Of a stretch of DNA of 64,000 nucleotides, positions 52,448-64,000 are shown piece after piece. Location of the stretch: positions 186,496,001 to 186,560,000 of the forward strand of contig OZ024740.1 in assembly GCA_964016885.1 (NCBI GenBank), written 5' to 3'. Source of the DNA: Eledone cirrhosa (taxonomy: Eukaryota). A model generated the notes under the pieces. The model did not search any database and was not told the origin of the DNA. It saw only the letters and a list, made by a program, of their open reading frames with translations. Position numbers and translations under genes: made by a program. Numbering within the stretch: position 1 is the first letter of the stretch; each line of letters opens with the position of its first letter.

Positions 52448-53690
52448 GATGCAGACAAAAATAACACAGTAGTTTTATTTTTTAAGATATATTTATCAAA
52501 CTTGGGTCAGTTTGTCTTCATTACTTGTTCTTTCGATCTCACTCGATAAACCCGCCATTGGCTTTGATGATGGCCTCAAGGCGGCCGCGGAACCGGCTAC
52601 AGTCCCTCGTCATTCTCCCCCGACTTAGGCCCTTAAAGGCACTTGTGATCCTGGCCTTCAGATCGTCTTTCGTATTGCAGCTAGATATGTTGGTGTCTCG
52701 TTCCACTGCGCCCCACACAAAGAAGTCGAAGGGGTTGCAGTCAGGTGAGCTGGGAGGCCATATGTCAGGTCAAGTGTGCTTGACAAAGTTCTCTGACAGC
52801 CAGGCTTGGGTCTTTCGGCTGGTATGGCAGGGCGCTGAGTCTTGCTGACACACGTACGGCCTACTTGCAGCTACCTGGTCGATCCAGGGCTTTACTACCT
52901 CGCTCAGAACGCGGATGTAGCCATCGGTGTTCAGCTTGAGGCGTTCAGGGAAGAAGTGAGGTGGCATGACGTCACCTTGACTGCTGACGACATGTAAGAC
53001 CAATGTTGTCGCTGGAAACTTTGTCTGCATGACTCTGGGAACGTTTTTGGATGAGAGAGCGAGCCACCTGTTGTTCTGGGAGTTGATCTTCTGGTCTTGG
53101 CAGAAGTTTTTCTCATCGGAGAAAAACCACAGCATGTCTGACTCCAGTGTGTCTTTCAACTTCTTGATCAGCTTATTTGCGTGCTTTAGTCACATTTCTT
53201 GCATCGCCTTTGACAGAAATTGTCCTATCCTCATCTTGAATGAAATGTAGCGAATGTCTTCATGTACCACCAGCCTAATGAGATTTTCATCCACGCCTTT
53301 CTCCCTTGCAATGGCACGGATCGACTTGCTAGGTTCATTGTTGATGATATCCTGAATTTCAGCGATGAACTCGGGCGTTCTGAAGGCGTCAGATCGTCGA
53401 TCATGTGTTTTTTTCTCTGATGTTGCTTCGTAGTTGAATCCTGAATCTTCCAATTCCTTTCTGACCTTTTCCACCATTCTCCTGCTGACGCTGAGAAATT
53501 TCCTTATTTGTCCTCCCGGCCCGGATTCCAAGAAGAACTCCGTGTCTCTTCCACAAATTTGGAGATTCAAAATTATTCATAATCAATTATTCTGAAAATA
53601 AACAATGGAAATATAATCACTGTTTTTATGAAGACAAGAGTGACAACGGAAGTAAAAAAAATTGGCATAAAATTAGCAGTTGAAATTTGC
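52445..53690 (-). mobile_element. maT-type (DD37D) Tc1/mariner transposon, degenerate
   Basis: HTH-like region (KSIRAIARE), FFSDEKNF, and QQDSAPCH...WPPSSPDCNPFD with 37 positions between the second and third Asp, reading through one stop. One terminus TA|caggatgcagac sits on (TA)n; the other TIR was not found. Confidence 0.88.
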
Positions 53691-53796
53691 GAACAAATAT
53701 ATATATGTGTGTGTGTGTGTGTAAAAGAAATAACAATACAATCGGAACAGAATATGGAAGGAATATATTAGGTTAATGCTTGAAATAGCAGGAAGA

Positions 53797-53838
53797 AGGT
53801 CTTAACGTTTCGGACACTCATCCTTCATCAGCAGAAAG
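53797..53838 (-). ncRNA. Minimal hammerhead-ribozyme motif in the Penelope pLTR
   Basis: Minus strand reads CTGATGA-aGGA-tgagtg-TCC-GAAA-CGTTA: conserved core, stem II, and a palindromic AACGTT in place of helix III. Confidence 0.7.
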
Positions 53839-53924
53839 AATAAGAAATTAGATAGATTGAAGGGACGATTGGGGGTGGGATTGAAAAAAATGTTTTTAGA
53901 GCAAAATAACAGGTCCATTCATGT

Positions 53925-53987
<63 letters not shown>

Positions 53988-55564
53988 GTGAGGGATTTTT
54001 TTTTTTACAAAATGAAAAATAACCGAGGTGTCCTACACGAGTGAAAGTATAAAGAAAAAGAGATGAAATCGAAAATGCAACTGGAGTCTTATTTTTTTTT
54101 AAATATACATATTTATTTGGTTCCTTTACCGGTTTCGCAGTTCTTCTGCTTTTCAAAAGGTGAGTTGAGATGGAGGGTCTGTGGTTTTTCTCACATCTGG
54201 TTGGTCTCTGAATGTTACTTGTTTTATATGGAAAAAGTGGCTCGAAATGCCAGGTTTTTCGGGAAGTAATTTGATTGGTTTGTCAATAATTATAATAAAT
54301 TTCGCGCCAGTTCGCGTTACAATAGTTCTTCAAATAAGAGGGGGGGTTGTCACAGGTTGTTTTTTTCATATATGAGTGTTTGAATTTCTTTTTACTGGAA
54401 AAAAGGAGGGTCACGAAGGCTTTTTTTTGGTTGGTTATAAATGAAATTATGGCTGTCACGTGAACAAGTTTTCATTAAATTTTTGTGCCCTTATTTGGAA
54501 ATCCATTCTGTAGCCTTTTTAGAGAATTTTTTGATTAAGTGAAAGATAATGGTCAAGAGAAAGGGATGGGAGAATTGTTCTGGTTCAGTGAATATGGTTA
54601 GTTCGCTGGGGTGTCAGAATTCAGATTTTCTATTGAATAAAGAAAGTACAGATATGTATGTTTATTTGTGTGCTTGTGTGTGTGTGTTGTGTGTGTGTGT
54701 GTTTGAATTTCTTTACTTTAAAAAAAGGTGGCTCACGAAGGCTTTTTTTTAATAAACGTGATTTGATTGGTTATAAATGAAATTTGGCTGTCACGTGAAC
54801 AAGTTTTCATTACATTTTTGCGTCCTTATTTGGAAAACTATTCTGTAGCCTTTATAGCGAATGTTATGACAATGGAAAGATAGTGGTCAAGAGAAATGGG
54901 ATTGGGAGAATTGTTCTGGTTCAGTGAATATGGTTAGTTCGCTGGGGTGTCAGAGTTCAGATTTTCTATTGAAGTGAAGATATGTATGTTTATTTGTGTG
55001 CTTGTGTGTGTGTATGTGTGTGTTTGTGTGTATATGTGTGTATTGGAAGATGATTATATTAGTAGAAATGGGGGAGGGAGTTGTGTGTGTGTGTATATGG
55101 GTGTTATGTGTGTGTGTGCGAGAATGTTAAGATGGAGAGAATATATATTTTGTGTGTGTGTATATATATGTGTGTAGGAAAGTGGTTCTATTAGTAGAAA
55201 TGGGGAGGGAGTTGTGGGTGTGGGGGTTGTTATGTGTGTGTATGGGTGTTATGTGTGTGGGAGTATGGTTAGCATGTTAAGATGAAGAGAATATATATAT
55301 ATATATATATTGTGTGTGTGTAGGAAAGTGATTCCTTTAGTAGGAATATTTTTGAATGAACATATTTTCCTTACTTATTCGTATTTGCTGTTGTATTGTC
55401 AGTGCAAACGTATGTTAAGGTTTATTTAGTTCGGGTTTTTATTTTCTAAAGTAGAAGGTGTTATGTGTGTGTGTGTATGTCATATTATGGTGTTGACATA
55501 ATGTATATTAAACCATATTTAATGTTGGTCTATATTTTTGAATAAACATATTTTCCTTATTTAT

Positions 55565-56023
55565 TCACATTTGTTCTGTTGTATTGTTAGCACAAAGGTA
55601 AAATGGGAAGACTTGGAATTTGGGTGTCTTATTACCTGCGCAAATGTCTAGATATGCACTTAGTGGTATCTGTCTCGTGGTTGGATCTCGTAATTGTTGG
55701 CGATGAACTGTCATTCTGTTTCTGAGTGTGAGTTTAGTTTGTCCTATATAATCTTCATTGCATCCTTTACATTTAATGGCATAAATTAGATTTTTTGATG
55801 AGCAAGTGAAGTGATTTTTTACAGTAAAATTTTGTCCTGATTTAAATGTATACGTGTTGCCTTCAATGAGGTGAGTGCAGGTTCCACAATTAGAGAGACC
55901 ACATTTTTTGATACTTGGTTGTGGGTTTGTGGTAGGTAATTTGGCATTGGTGAGTAATGTTTTCAGTGATTTTGGTTGTCTTTTGCTTTTGATTATTTTG
56001 TGTGTTTCAAGGGCTTTTTTCAT
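55565..56023 (-). pseudogene. GIY-YIG endonuclease of the Penelope-like element
   Basis: LIY-x10-YIG motif with an internal CxxC and a downstream conserved Arg/His. Confidence 0.88.
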
Positions 56024-56306
56024 TCTTGGGTTTTGTTTTAGTAGTGGGATGTTATTGTGAATAGTGTTGTAAGCTTCCGCATTTCTTGGGTTGTGTGTTG
56101 AGATATATGATAGAATATTGGACGTACCTTGAATTTGTTTCTGTTTCCGTAATTGATCAATGCCTATTGCTTTAGCCCTTTCTATTCCATTATTTATTAG
56201 TAATAGTGGGTACTCTCTCTCGAGTAGAATTTCCTTTAATTCTTGAAGTCTTTTATTTCGCGTTTCATAATTGGAGACAATTGTGCAAATTCTTCTAGGT
56301 TAAAAA

Positions 56307-56352
<46 letters not shown>

Positions 56353-56358
<6 letters not shown>

Positions 56359-56748
56359 TTAATATATAAGGAACAAAGAATCAGTGTTGCATCATATACA
56401 TATTTATTATATATTACATATGTTTCCCTGTCAGTCAGCTCGAGGAACGATCTATTAATGATCGAACCTGACTCTGGAATCAGAAACTCTTCAGATATGT
56501 TTTAATATGCAAGCTCGCATCTGAGACTGTCTGAATATTTTCAAAAATCCTTCTCATAAGTTAGCACCCTTTCTAACATAGTGGTCTTCAGCTGGACTTG
56601 ATCATTGGATTATTTTCGTTCAGATAAATTAACGGCTATTCTCAACATCCCAGTTCCTCGAGCTGATCGACAGTGAAACATATGTAATATGTAGTAAATA
56701 TGTATATGATGCAACACTGATTCTTTGTTCCACATATATTAATACTAT
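56353..56748. repeat. Fold-back inverted repeat (96-bp arms 56353-56448 / 56653-56748), left end on (TA)n
   Basis: atagtattaatatat...gaacaaagaatcagtgttgcatcatatacatattta...cagctcgaggaac is mirrored with few mismatches. Confidence 0.95.
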
Positions 56749-56917
56749 TGACACTCTGCTCCCCAAGAGCATCGAGTTCTCACCTTGCATACCACCTACA
56801 GACGCAATTAACTTGCACCTTAATACACATACACATATATTGATTTCTGAAGATCCCGTAAAAGGGTAAAAGTAGCGATTTTTTGCTTAAACTTTAATCT
56901 GTACATATAATATATAT

Positions 56918-57590
56918 CATTATCATCATCATCATCATCACCGTTTTATGTCCATTCTTCCACGCTCGCATGGGTTAGATGGGTTGTCCTGCTGTGGGCA
57001 GTGCCCGGTCGGCTGACCTTGTCTTGCTCATACAGGAACTGATTTTGGCTTGATTTCTACAGTTGAATGCCCTTCCTAACACCCACCTCATTTACAGTGA
57101 GCGCTGGATGCTTTTTTTCCATGGTGCCTGCATGACTACTTTACAGTGTGGGCTGGGTGCTTTTTTGCCACGGCACCTCCACAACCACTTTGCAGTGGGA
57201 GGGGATGGGGGCATATTGTCTATATGTTTCAGCTTTGGCTTGTACGCATGGGAAGTTGGGTTTTCTGTATTACTGCGTAATCCTGTGTGATCGCCTTTCA
57301 GAGGTGCAATTGGGTAAGGTCAGCTTTTATCACCTCATCCCAGCTCTTCTTGGGTCTCCCCACTCCATGGCTTCCATTGACTGCTAGTGCTCTTCACCTC
57401 ATTATGCAGCTGTCATCCTTCATACGCATCACATGTCCATACCAACGCAACCTCCTCCCCTGCACACAGTATTTGATTCCTCTTATGCTCAGTCTCTCTC
57501 TCAGTTCGTTTATGCTTTGCCATTCATGTATATTACTATTACACATCCATCGGAGCATGCAAACATCATTTCTTTCTAACCTACGCAAGT
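56918..57590 (-). mobile_element. RTE family 2-like 3' fragment with UTR and (GAT)n tail
   Basis: LERNDVCMLRWMCNSNIHEWQSINELRERLSIRGIKYCVQGRRLRWYGHVMRM, followed by the gaagggcat..aactgtagaaa UTR block. Confidence 0.85.
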
Positions 57591-57810
57591 ATCATCACCT
57601 CATTTAACATCCATTTTCCACACTTGCATGGGTTAGACAGGTTGTCATGTTATGAGACAAATCAGTTCCTGAGAATATGTTATGCTCATACAGATCTCTA
57701 TTTTGGTTTAGTTTCTATGGCTGGATGCCCTTCCTAAAACCAGCCACGTTACCGTGTGGACTAGGTGCTTTTTATCATGGCACTGAAATAACCATTTACA
57801 GGGTGAACAG
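57591..57810 (-). mobile_element. RTE-UTR or SINE-B 3' fragment
   Basis: ggctggatgcccttcctaa block and ttccacacttgcatgggtt tail. Confidence 0.7.
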
Positions 57811-59730
57811 GGTACTTTAAGAGGAATCGTAGTGAAGAAGAATTATATGACAAACAATATCGATATGGTGAAGTAGTCTCTTATAGATATCTCAAATCAA
57901 CCAACAACAGAAGCTGTGCAACTAAACCAATTTTGAACACTGATTTACATATAAAATACCTCCCATGTAGTAGCTATATTGCTGAACTTGTAAGAACAGA
58001 ACATACAGTGATAAACATTAATGTTATATCGACTGATTGTTTTGTGCTTCCAGTAAGGGTGTGAGAATAGAATAGATAACACATAGAAATAAAACGAATA
58101 TAGCTTTGTTTTTCGGTTTATGTCACAAAGTTTTATATTCTTTATTATTTCTGCAGCAGAAATATATTTACTTTGTTCTAGTGTTGTTGTTTTGGCTGCA
58201 ACAAGTCTCTGAGTTGGTAAATAGCTGATTTTATTTCTATTTAACTATAAACTTCGAAATTATTTGTTAGTGCAGCGTCTGTTGGATGTTGATTTTTTTC
58301 CATTTTTTTTTTACTTCAATATTATCAAAGGAAATATAAAATTTTCTTTTGCTTGAAAATAATCAGAAGAAATTATTAATTTATAGGGATTTTATGAAAG
58401 CTCCTCACCCTGACTTTCTAACTTGAAATATTTCTAAAGAATATTAAGGTATATCAGATGAAAAGTAAATAGATAAGTAACTACATAAATAAATGAAAGG
58501 CTCTTATAGTTAGACAAAGCTATATTCATTGGCTCAGTTATGAAGGTGGATTTCAATCAATGAATTGCAGTTGCAAGTAAATGTAAACCAAATCATACAA
58601 AATTATTTCTAGGATTTAAAAAATGACCAAATTTCATGAACTAATGAAGGAACGTCTGTGTGGTTCTTCAGCCTAATAGATGTAGTTGTTGAATACTGAA
58701 ATGTGTGAAACTAACTCTCAATTCAAGTCTGGCTTCAGAGGAGTAATAACCAATAACACTGTCTGTGTCAGAAATTGATTACTGTAAACCAAAGGCATAT
58801 TAAATAGCATAATCAAAATTAGGGAGGATCAGTCATATGACTGTGAGTTTTGCCTGGCATGCAGATGTTTTTAGAGGTGTCTGGGATGTTCCATAATGTA
58901 GTGAGGAGAGATGTTGGTGGGGGGAGGGGGGGCATGTATATGATAGATATAACAATTGAATGAGGTGACTTACATGTTCAATCCTGAGCAAAATATGTGT
59001 CAAGAAAATATTTTAAATTCACCACATCACAAATACTGAAAAAATCAAACATGCAATGATCATAGCTTGAATATCTTTCATCATAGGTCAGATCTATTAC
59101 AGCTGAGCCCCCATTTAAAATGATTTGGCTGTACACTGTATGTACCCACATAAAATGCAAAAATTATTCTGCATTCTTATGTTAATCATATCTTAAACTT
59201 CAAATATGTTAAAAGCAAGAAAAGAATAGACAAGAAAAAAATGCAAATCTAAAATGAGTTCTACTGAGTTTTGAAGTGAAATATATTCTTTTATTTATTC
59301 CACAGATGCAATCAGCAAATTCTTACACTCAATTTTTTTTGTATAAAGTCTTGAGGCAATGCATTTCATTAAAAATTTTAGGTGCTTTTAAAAAGAAGCT
59401 TATAATTTAAGAAGCTTTTAATTTTACCTTTATTTATAGAATTATCTAGATTCTATTTAATTGGTGCATATTATTTATTTATTTATTTTTACTTTATATG
59501 CAATTGAGATGAGAAAAGATTTTTCTCTTTTCAAAGATAAAATCTCGAAAAAATGTTGCCCCTCTCCATGCCAAAATATATTACACAAACATTTAAATAT
59601 ATACACATGGACACACTATACACACATACATGGGATGGCTTTCCATTCACACACACATACACACATACACACACACACACGCATGCATATACATACATAA
59701 ACATATATATACATATATATATGTACATAA

Positions 59731-59773
<43 letters not shown>

Positions 59774-59955
59774 AATATATATATAATTATACACATAAGA
59801 CACACACACCTTTGAACATTACATTGTTTTTTAGAATTTTTTCCTTTCTAGTAGAAATTTTCACATTAGGAATTTTGTATCCTGTGAAACGGTATTATTG
59901 CAGGAATACATTAAGAGAATGAATCAATCTTCACAAAAAGACATTATATACACAT

Positions 59956-60016
<61 letters not shown>

Positions 60017-61119
60017 GGTGTATATATATATATAGGTGTGTATATATATATAGGTGTATATATATATATATGTATGTATAAATATCTATATATATAATTT
60101 ATATATATGTGTGTGTGTGTATGTGTACTTGTATATTCCTTTATTTGACTTTGTGTTGCCTGAAAGTAATGTATAATGATTTTCTATTGAATACTTTCAG
60201 GTTGATTCCAAGATTGAATAAGCCTCACAAGTTATGGATGTCCCAAATCAGAAGGTAAAGCAAACACATTAATGTTTTATAACTACATAAATGTAGGTGG
60301 TTGATGTACAATTATATGTATATATATGTATAGTGAAGGCACATTTTTATGTATGTATAAGTGTAGTGTGATTAGAGAATTGGATTCACAATTGAGAGGT
60401 TGTGAGCTAAATTCCCATCTGAGCAATGCATTATATCCTTGAGCGAGACAGTTTATTTCCCATTGCTCTTTCTGCCATGAGTTGCATATGGTAGATTGTA
60501 TCAGAAATGGAAATACCAATGGAAATATTGTTTTCTTGGTCTGGTTTGATGAGTTCCACCTGATTCGTGTGTGTGTTTGTTAGCTTGAGGGTTTAACTCT
60601 GTATGTGTATGAGTGTATGCATATACATTTATAGATGTATGTATATATATGTGTGTGTGTGTGCATGTAAATGCATGTGTGTAATGTATGTAGTTCTCAT
60701 AGATAAAATGCTAAAGCATGTTTTCTTTTTTGTTTGTTTTATTGATGTATATATATATATAAATATATATAAAGAGAGAGAGAACGAGAGAAAAATTGAG
60801 AGAGAGAGCAAGGGGAGAGCAATGTTGTACATGAAAAAAACAAAACAGAGGCAAACGAACAAAAGCATTCCTATATCCTCGATGGCCAAGAGAAAAGAGT
60901 ACAAGACTTCTTGTCAGATGACACTGTGAGAAGCAGGTGAAACTCCAGAATAACAAGACTTACGATTTAGCCTTAATAATATGAATATTTAAACTCTACT
61001 TCCGGATTGAGGACTCCTTTCTCTCATCTGTCTACACATGTATATTATAACTACACATGTATATATAACTACACATGTATATATATATATATTTATATAT
61101 ATTTCCAAGAGATGACAAC

Positions 61120-61325
61120 ATGAATGGATCTGTTATTTTTCTCTAAAAACATTTTTGTCCGATTCCGCCCTGCCCGTCCCTTCAATCTTTCTAATTTCTC
61201 ATTCTTTCTTCTGATGAAGGACTAGCGTCCAAAATGGTAAGATCCTCTTCTTGCTATTTCAAGCGTTATACTAATATATTCCTTCCATATACTGTACCGA
61301 TTGTATTGTTATTTCTGTTTACCTT
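61120..61325 (+). mobile_element. Solo Penelope pLTR fragment with a decayed hammerhead
   Basis: Diverged reverse-complement match to 53722-53900; CTGATGAAGGActagcgTCCaaaat has lost the GAAA core. Confidence 0.8.
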
Positions 61326-62409
61326 TATATATATATATATATATATATAATTATATATATATATACAATTATATATATATACATATATATATACACATTA
61401 TACGCACACACATATATATATTTAAACATATATACATATATATACACATATTATTATCTGTTTTTATCATCATTATTATTTAATGGTAAAAAATGCAAAG
61501 GGAAATCAAGAAACATGTTGTGCTCTAGGCATCTTGTTTTAATTGAATTGCTACAAATATGTACTCTGTGAATAGGCAACTTTCTTGTGAAGAAAGTGTG
61601 TTCTGAAATTACAGTAGCTAAATCACAAAATTTACTCTGGGTGACACAAGTGATGGCTTAGTTACTATATTAATTTGATGTGGGTTGTTAAACACAATCC
61701 TTCAAATCAAGAGACATTGGAAATTAATATCTTCTAATATATATATGGTCTAGTAACTTTTGAATCAAATCTTCTTGATCACATTGATACACATTCATTC
61801 TTAGTAGAGACATATAAATACACTTACATAATGTTTTTATACAGTTGTGTGTTGGGGAGCATATATATGTGTGTATATATATATATATATGAGTGTGTGT
61901 ATATATATGTTTGTGTGTGTGTGTGTGTATATATATAAATGTATATACGTGTATGTAAATGTGTGTTCGTGTACACACACATATATAATATATTTATATA
62001 TCTGACAATTATCATTGATTTTATATGTTTTTCTATGATATCATATGTTCGACAAAAGTTTTGAGACAGTATTCTATGGCTCGATGCCCTTCCTGACATC
62101 ACCGCTTACTTATTTTTTCTTTTAAGTAATGCACACATACACATATTGGATAGGCTTCATACAGTTGCTTGCCTACTGAAAATTGGCACGGACTGGGCTG
62201 TTGATTAAATCAACCAAAACCTATTTTTTGTTTTGTAACATTAACTGGAAGTATAAAATGGAAAGTTGGCTTCAGTGGAATATAAATTCAGTTCATAAGA
62301 GCTAGAAAAAATACAAGGCATTTTATCTCAGCCTTTAATGATTCTGGCAATTCACATCCCTACCAACAAGAATTATCTGTCTTAGAAAATACGCATAAGA
62401 TTTTCAATG

Positions 62410-62560
62410 TTAATGAATAGTGTGTAGAGATATTCTAATTATATTTACAGATCCTAGTATTGCTATTCCCTGAAACATATCTATGTTTATACTTATAGAA
62501 AGTCTGCCAATGTCTTTACAAATGTAGTTTTGTAATATTTCAGTGGTATTAATTGCATAA
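62410..62560 (-). mobile_element. Ancient R4/Dong-type C-terminal remnant
   Basis: INIDMFQGIAILGSVNIIRISL resembles the LQKxxLLGTARILR terminus. Confidence 0.45.
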
Positions 62561-63644
62561 GGAGACATGTACCCAGTACCTCCTGTAAAGTGGGTGGTGA
62601 AATGAAGAGTATCCAACTATAACTACTACACCATCAAAACATTGAGAGGACTGTTCAGTTGTGTCAAGGGCATGACAAACTAATATTGCTGACATAGTAA
62701 ATGCACCCAGTACTTTCTGAAAAGTGGTTGATGATAGATAACACAACCAGCCATAGAAAATGTGTTAAACACAAGGTTGGAAGGACTCTTCAGTTATCGG
62801 AAAGTCATGACGATCGCCCAAGTACTGATATCATGATAAATTGTACGAGGCGGGAATGCATGCAAGATGCAACCATTCCCCTAGGCAACTGAGAGATCAT
62901 TAGCAACAATTAAGTACTGACATGGCCTGTGACAACACATCCAGCCCTAGCTGGCTGTTAATAATCCTTAATCACTTCGGTAATTCTTGGGTATTTAAGT
63001 TTTACAGCTGAAAAAAATAAACCATGGAGACGATTATTCGTGACCTGAAAGTACTGAATTTCCATAACATTTCATATTGTCATTTTCTAAAACAAGTGGA
63101 TGTTTATATGTGTACTACAGAGCCTTTTCTTAAAGAAATTGAAACTGGGTGGCTAAGTAAATGTTATAGAATATGACTGCATGATTTTTCTTTGCACTCT
63201 GTAGAATTTTCATTTCCAATATATTTCACTACTATGCAGCATTACATTCTCTTCATATTCATACAATTTACATTTAGTATGGAAATACAAAATAAACTCT
63301 TTGTCATCAATAGCAGTGACAGATCCCTGATATATTTTCAACCCTTTATTACTCTAGTAACTAGGAATTATGTATTCACGGTAAGATTCAAACTTTCAGC
63401 TTAGAGCGATCTCATAAATGCCCTTAACCAGCATGACATTTGAATAATGAGGCTGGGAAATTCTAAATACTCATGTACACATGAATATATAAACACATAA
63501 AGGCACAGATAAAAACATTCACAATTGTAGATATGTATATACGTGTGTGTGTGTGCATGCATGCGAGTGTGTGTGTGTGTTTGTTTGTATGTGCATGTGA
63601 GTGTTTCTCTGCATATGTATGCTAGTCTCTCTCTCACTCACTAT

Positions 63645-63760
63645 CTTTGACAAAGGAACCTTGGGGAAAACCTATGAAAACCTGGGATGATGTGGTGAGG
63701 GCTAACATCATGCAGCTGAACCCCACAAAGGAGATATACCAGGATCAAGAAAACTAATGA
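63645..63760 (+). mobile_element. Short RTE 3' fragment
   Basis: GKPMKTWDDVVR resembles GRPRKTWDELI. Confidence 0.55.
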
Positions 63761-64000
63761 TATTTCATAATACAAAGAACATTTCTTCCCATGCAAGTGG
63801 AAGGAATGTGGCAGAAACATGATGGCTAAACCACCTACTCTCCTCAACCCTAAATCTGAAGAAGCAGAGAAGTGTTACAACACTCAAGTTCCATTTTCCA
63901 CTCCCAGGTATATTCTGGAAATCCCTCCCACCATGCCCTTGATCCTGTTCTCTACTCTAAACCCGAAGAAGCAGAGAGATGGAAAATCTCTCATGTCTTC

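Larger units (their letters stand above)
53722..56300 (-). mobile_element. Penelope-like retroelement: RT C-terminal remnant, GIY-YIG endonuclease, long repetitive 3' region and pLTR
   Basis: RRICTIVS...THNPR thumb/linker region, CGLSNCGTC and NLIYAIKCKGCNEDYIGQT...RMTVHR motifs; hammerhead motif in the terminal repeat; ends abut microsatellites. Confidence 0.85.

Noticed and set aside
58974-59160. Minus-strand 60-aa ORF next to a gtaagt donor
   Set aside because: The stop codon precedes the donor, the other frames are closed, and no homology was recognised.

Overview
AT-rich, microsatellite-dense eukaryotic DNA made almost entirely of transposable-element debris. The SINE, RTE and Penelope repertoire resembles octopod cephalopod genomes (inference, not checked against a database). 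No intact, recognisable host gene is visible; there is only a low-confidence set of minus-strand exons at about 20.6-23.8 kb. Positions 1-13.5 kb are a nested stack of R4/Dong-clade LINEs (three families, + strand), Tx1/L1-clade LINEs and a tRNA-SINE (both - strand), joined mostly through (TAA)n tracts. The rest holds three large RTE-clade LINEs of two families whose reverse transcriptase carries a PHD-finger-like C4HC3 insert, two maT-like (DD37D) transposon relics, a non-autonomous Helitron with a 37-bp minisatellite, a Penelope-like GIY-YIG element with a hammerhead motif, and many SINE fragments. The most unusual signals are (1) the PHD finger inside the RTE RT, (2) about seven unrelated fold-back inverted duplications anchored on (TA)n tracts, (3) 3'-tail sharing between SINEs and both Tx1 and RTE LINEs, and (4) a two-source templated repair patch. 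Element boundaries were read by eye and are approximate unless exact motifs are quoted.
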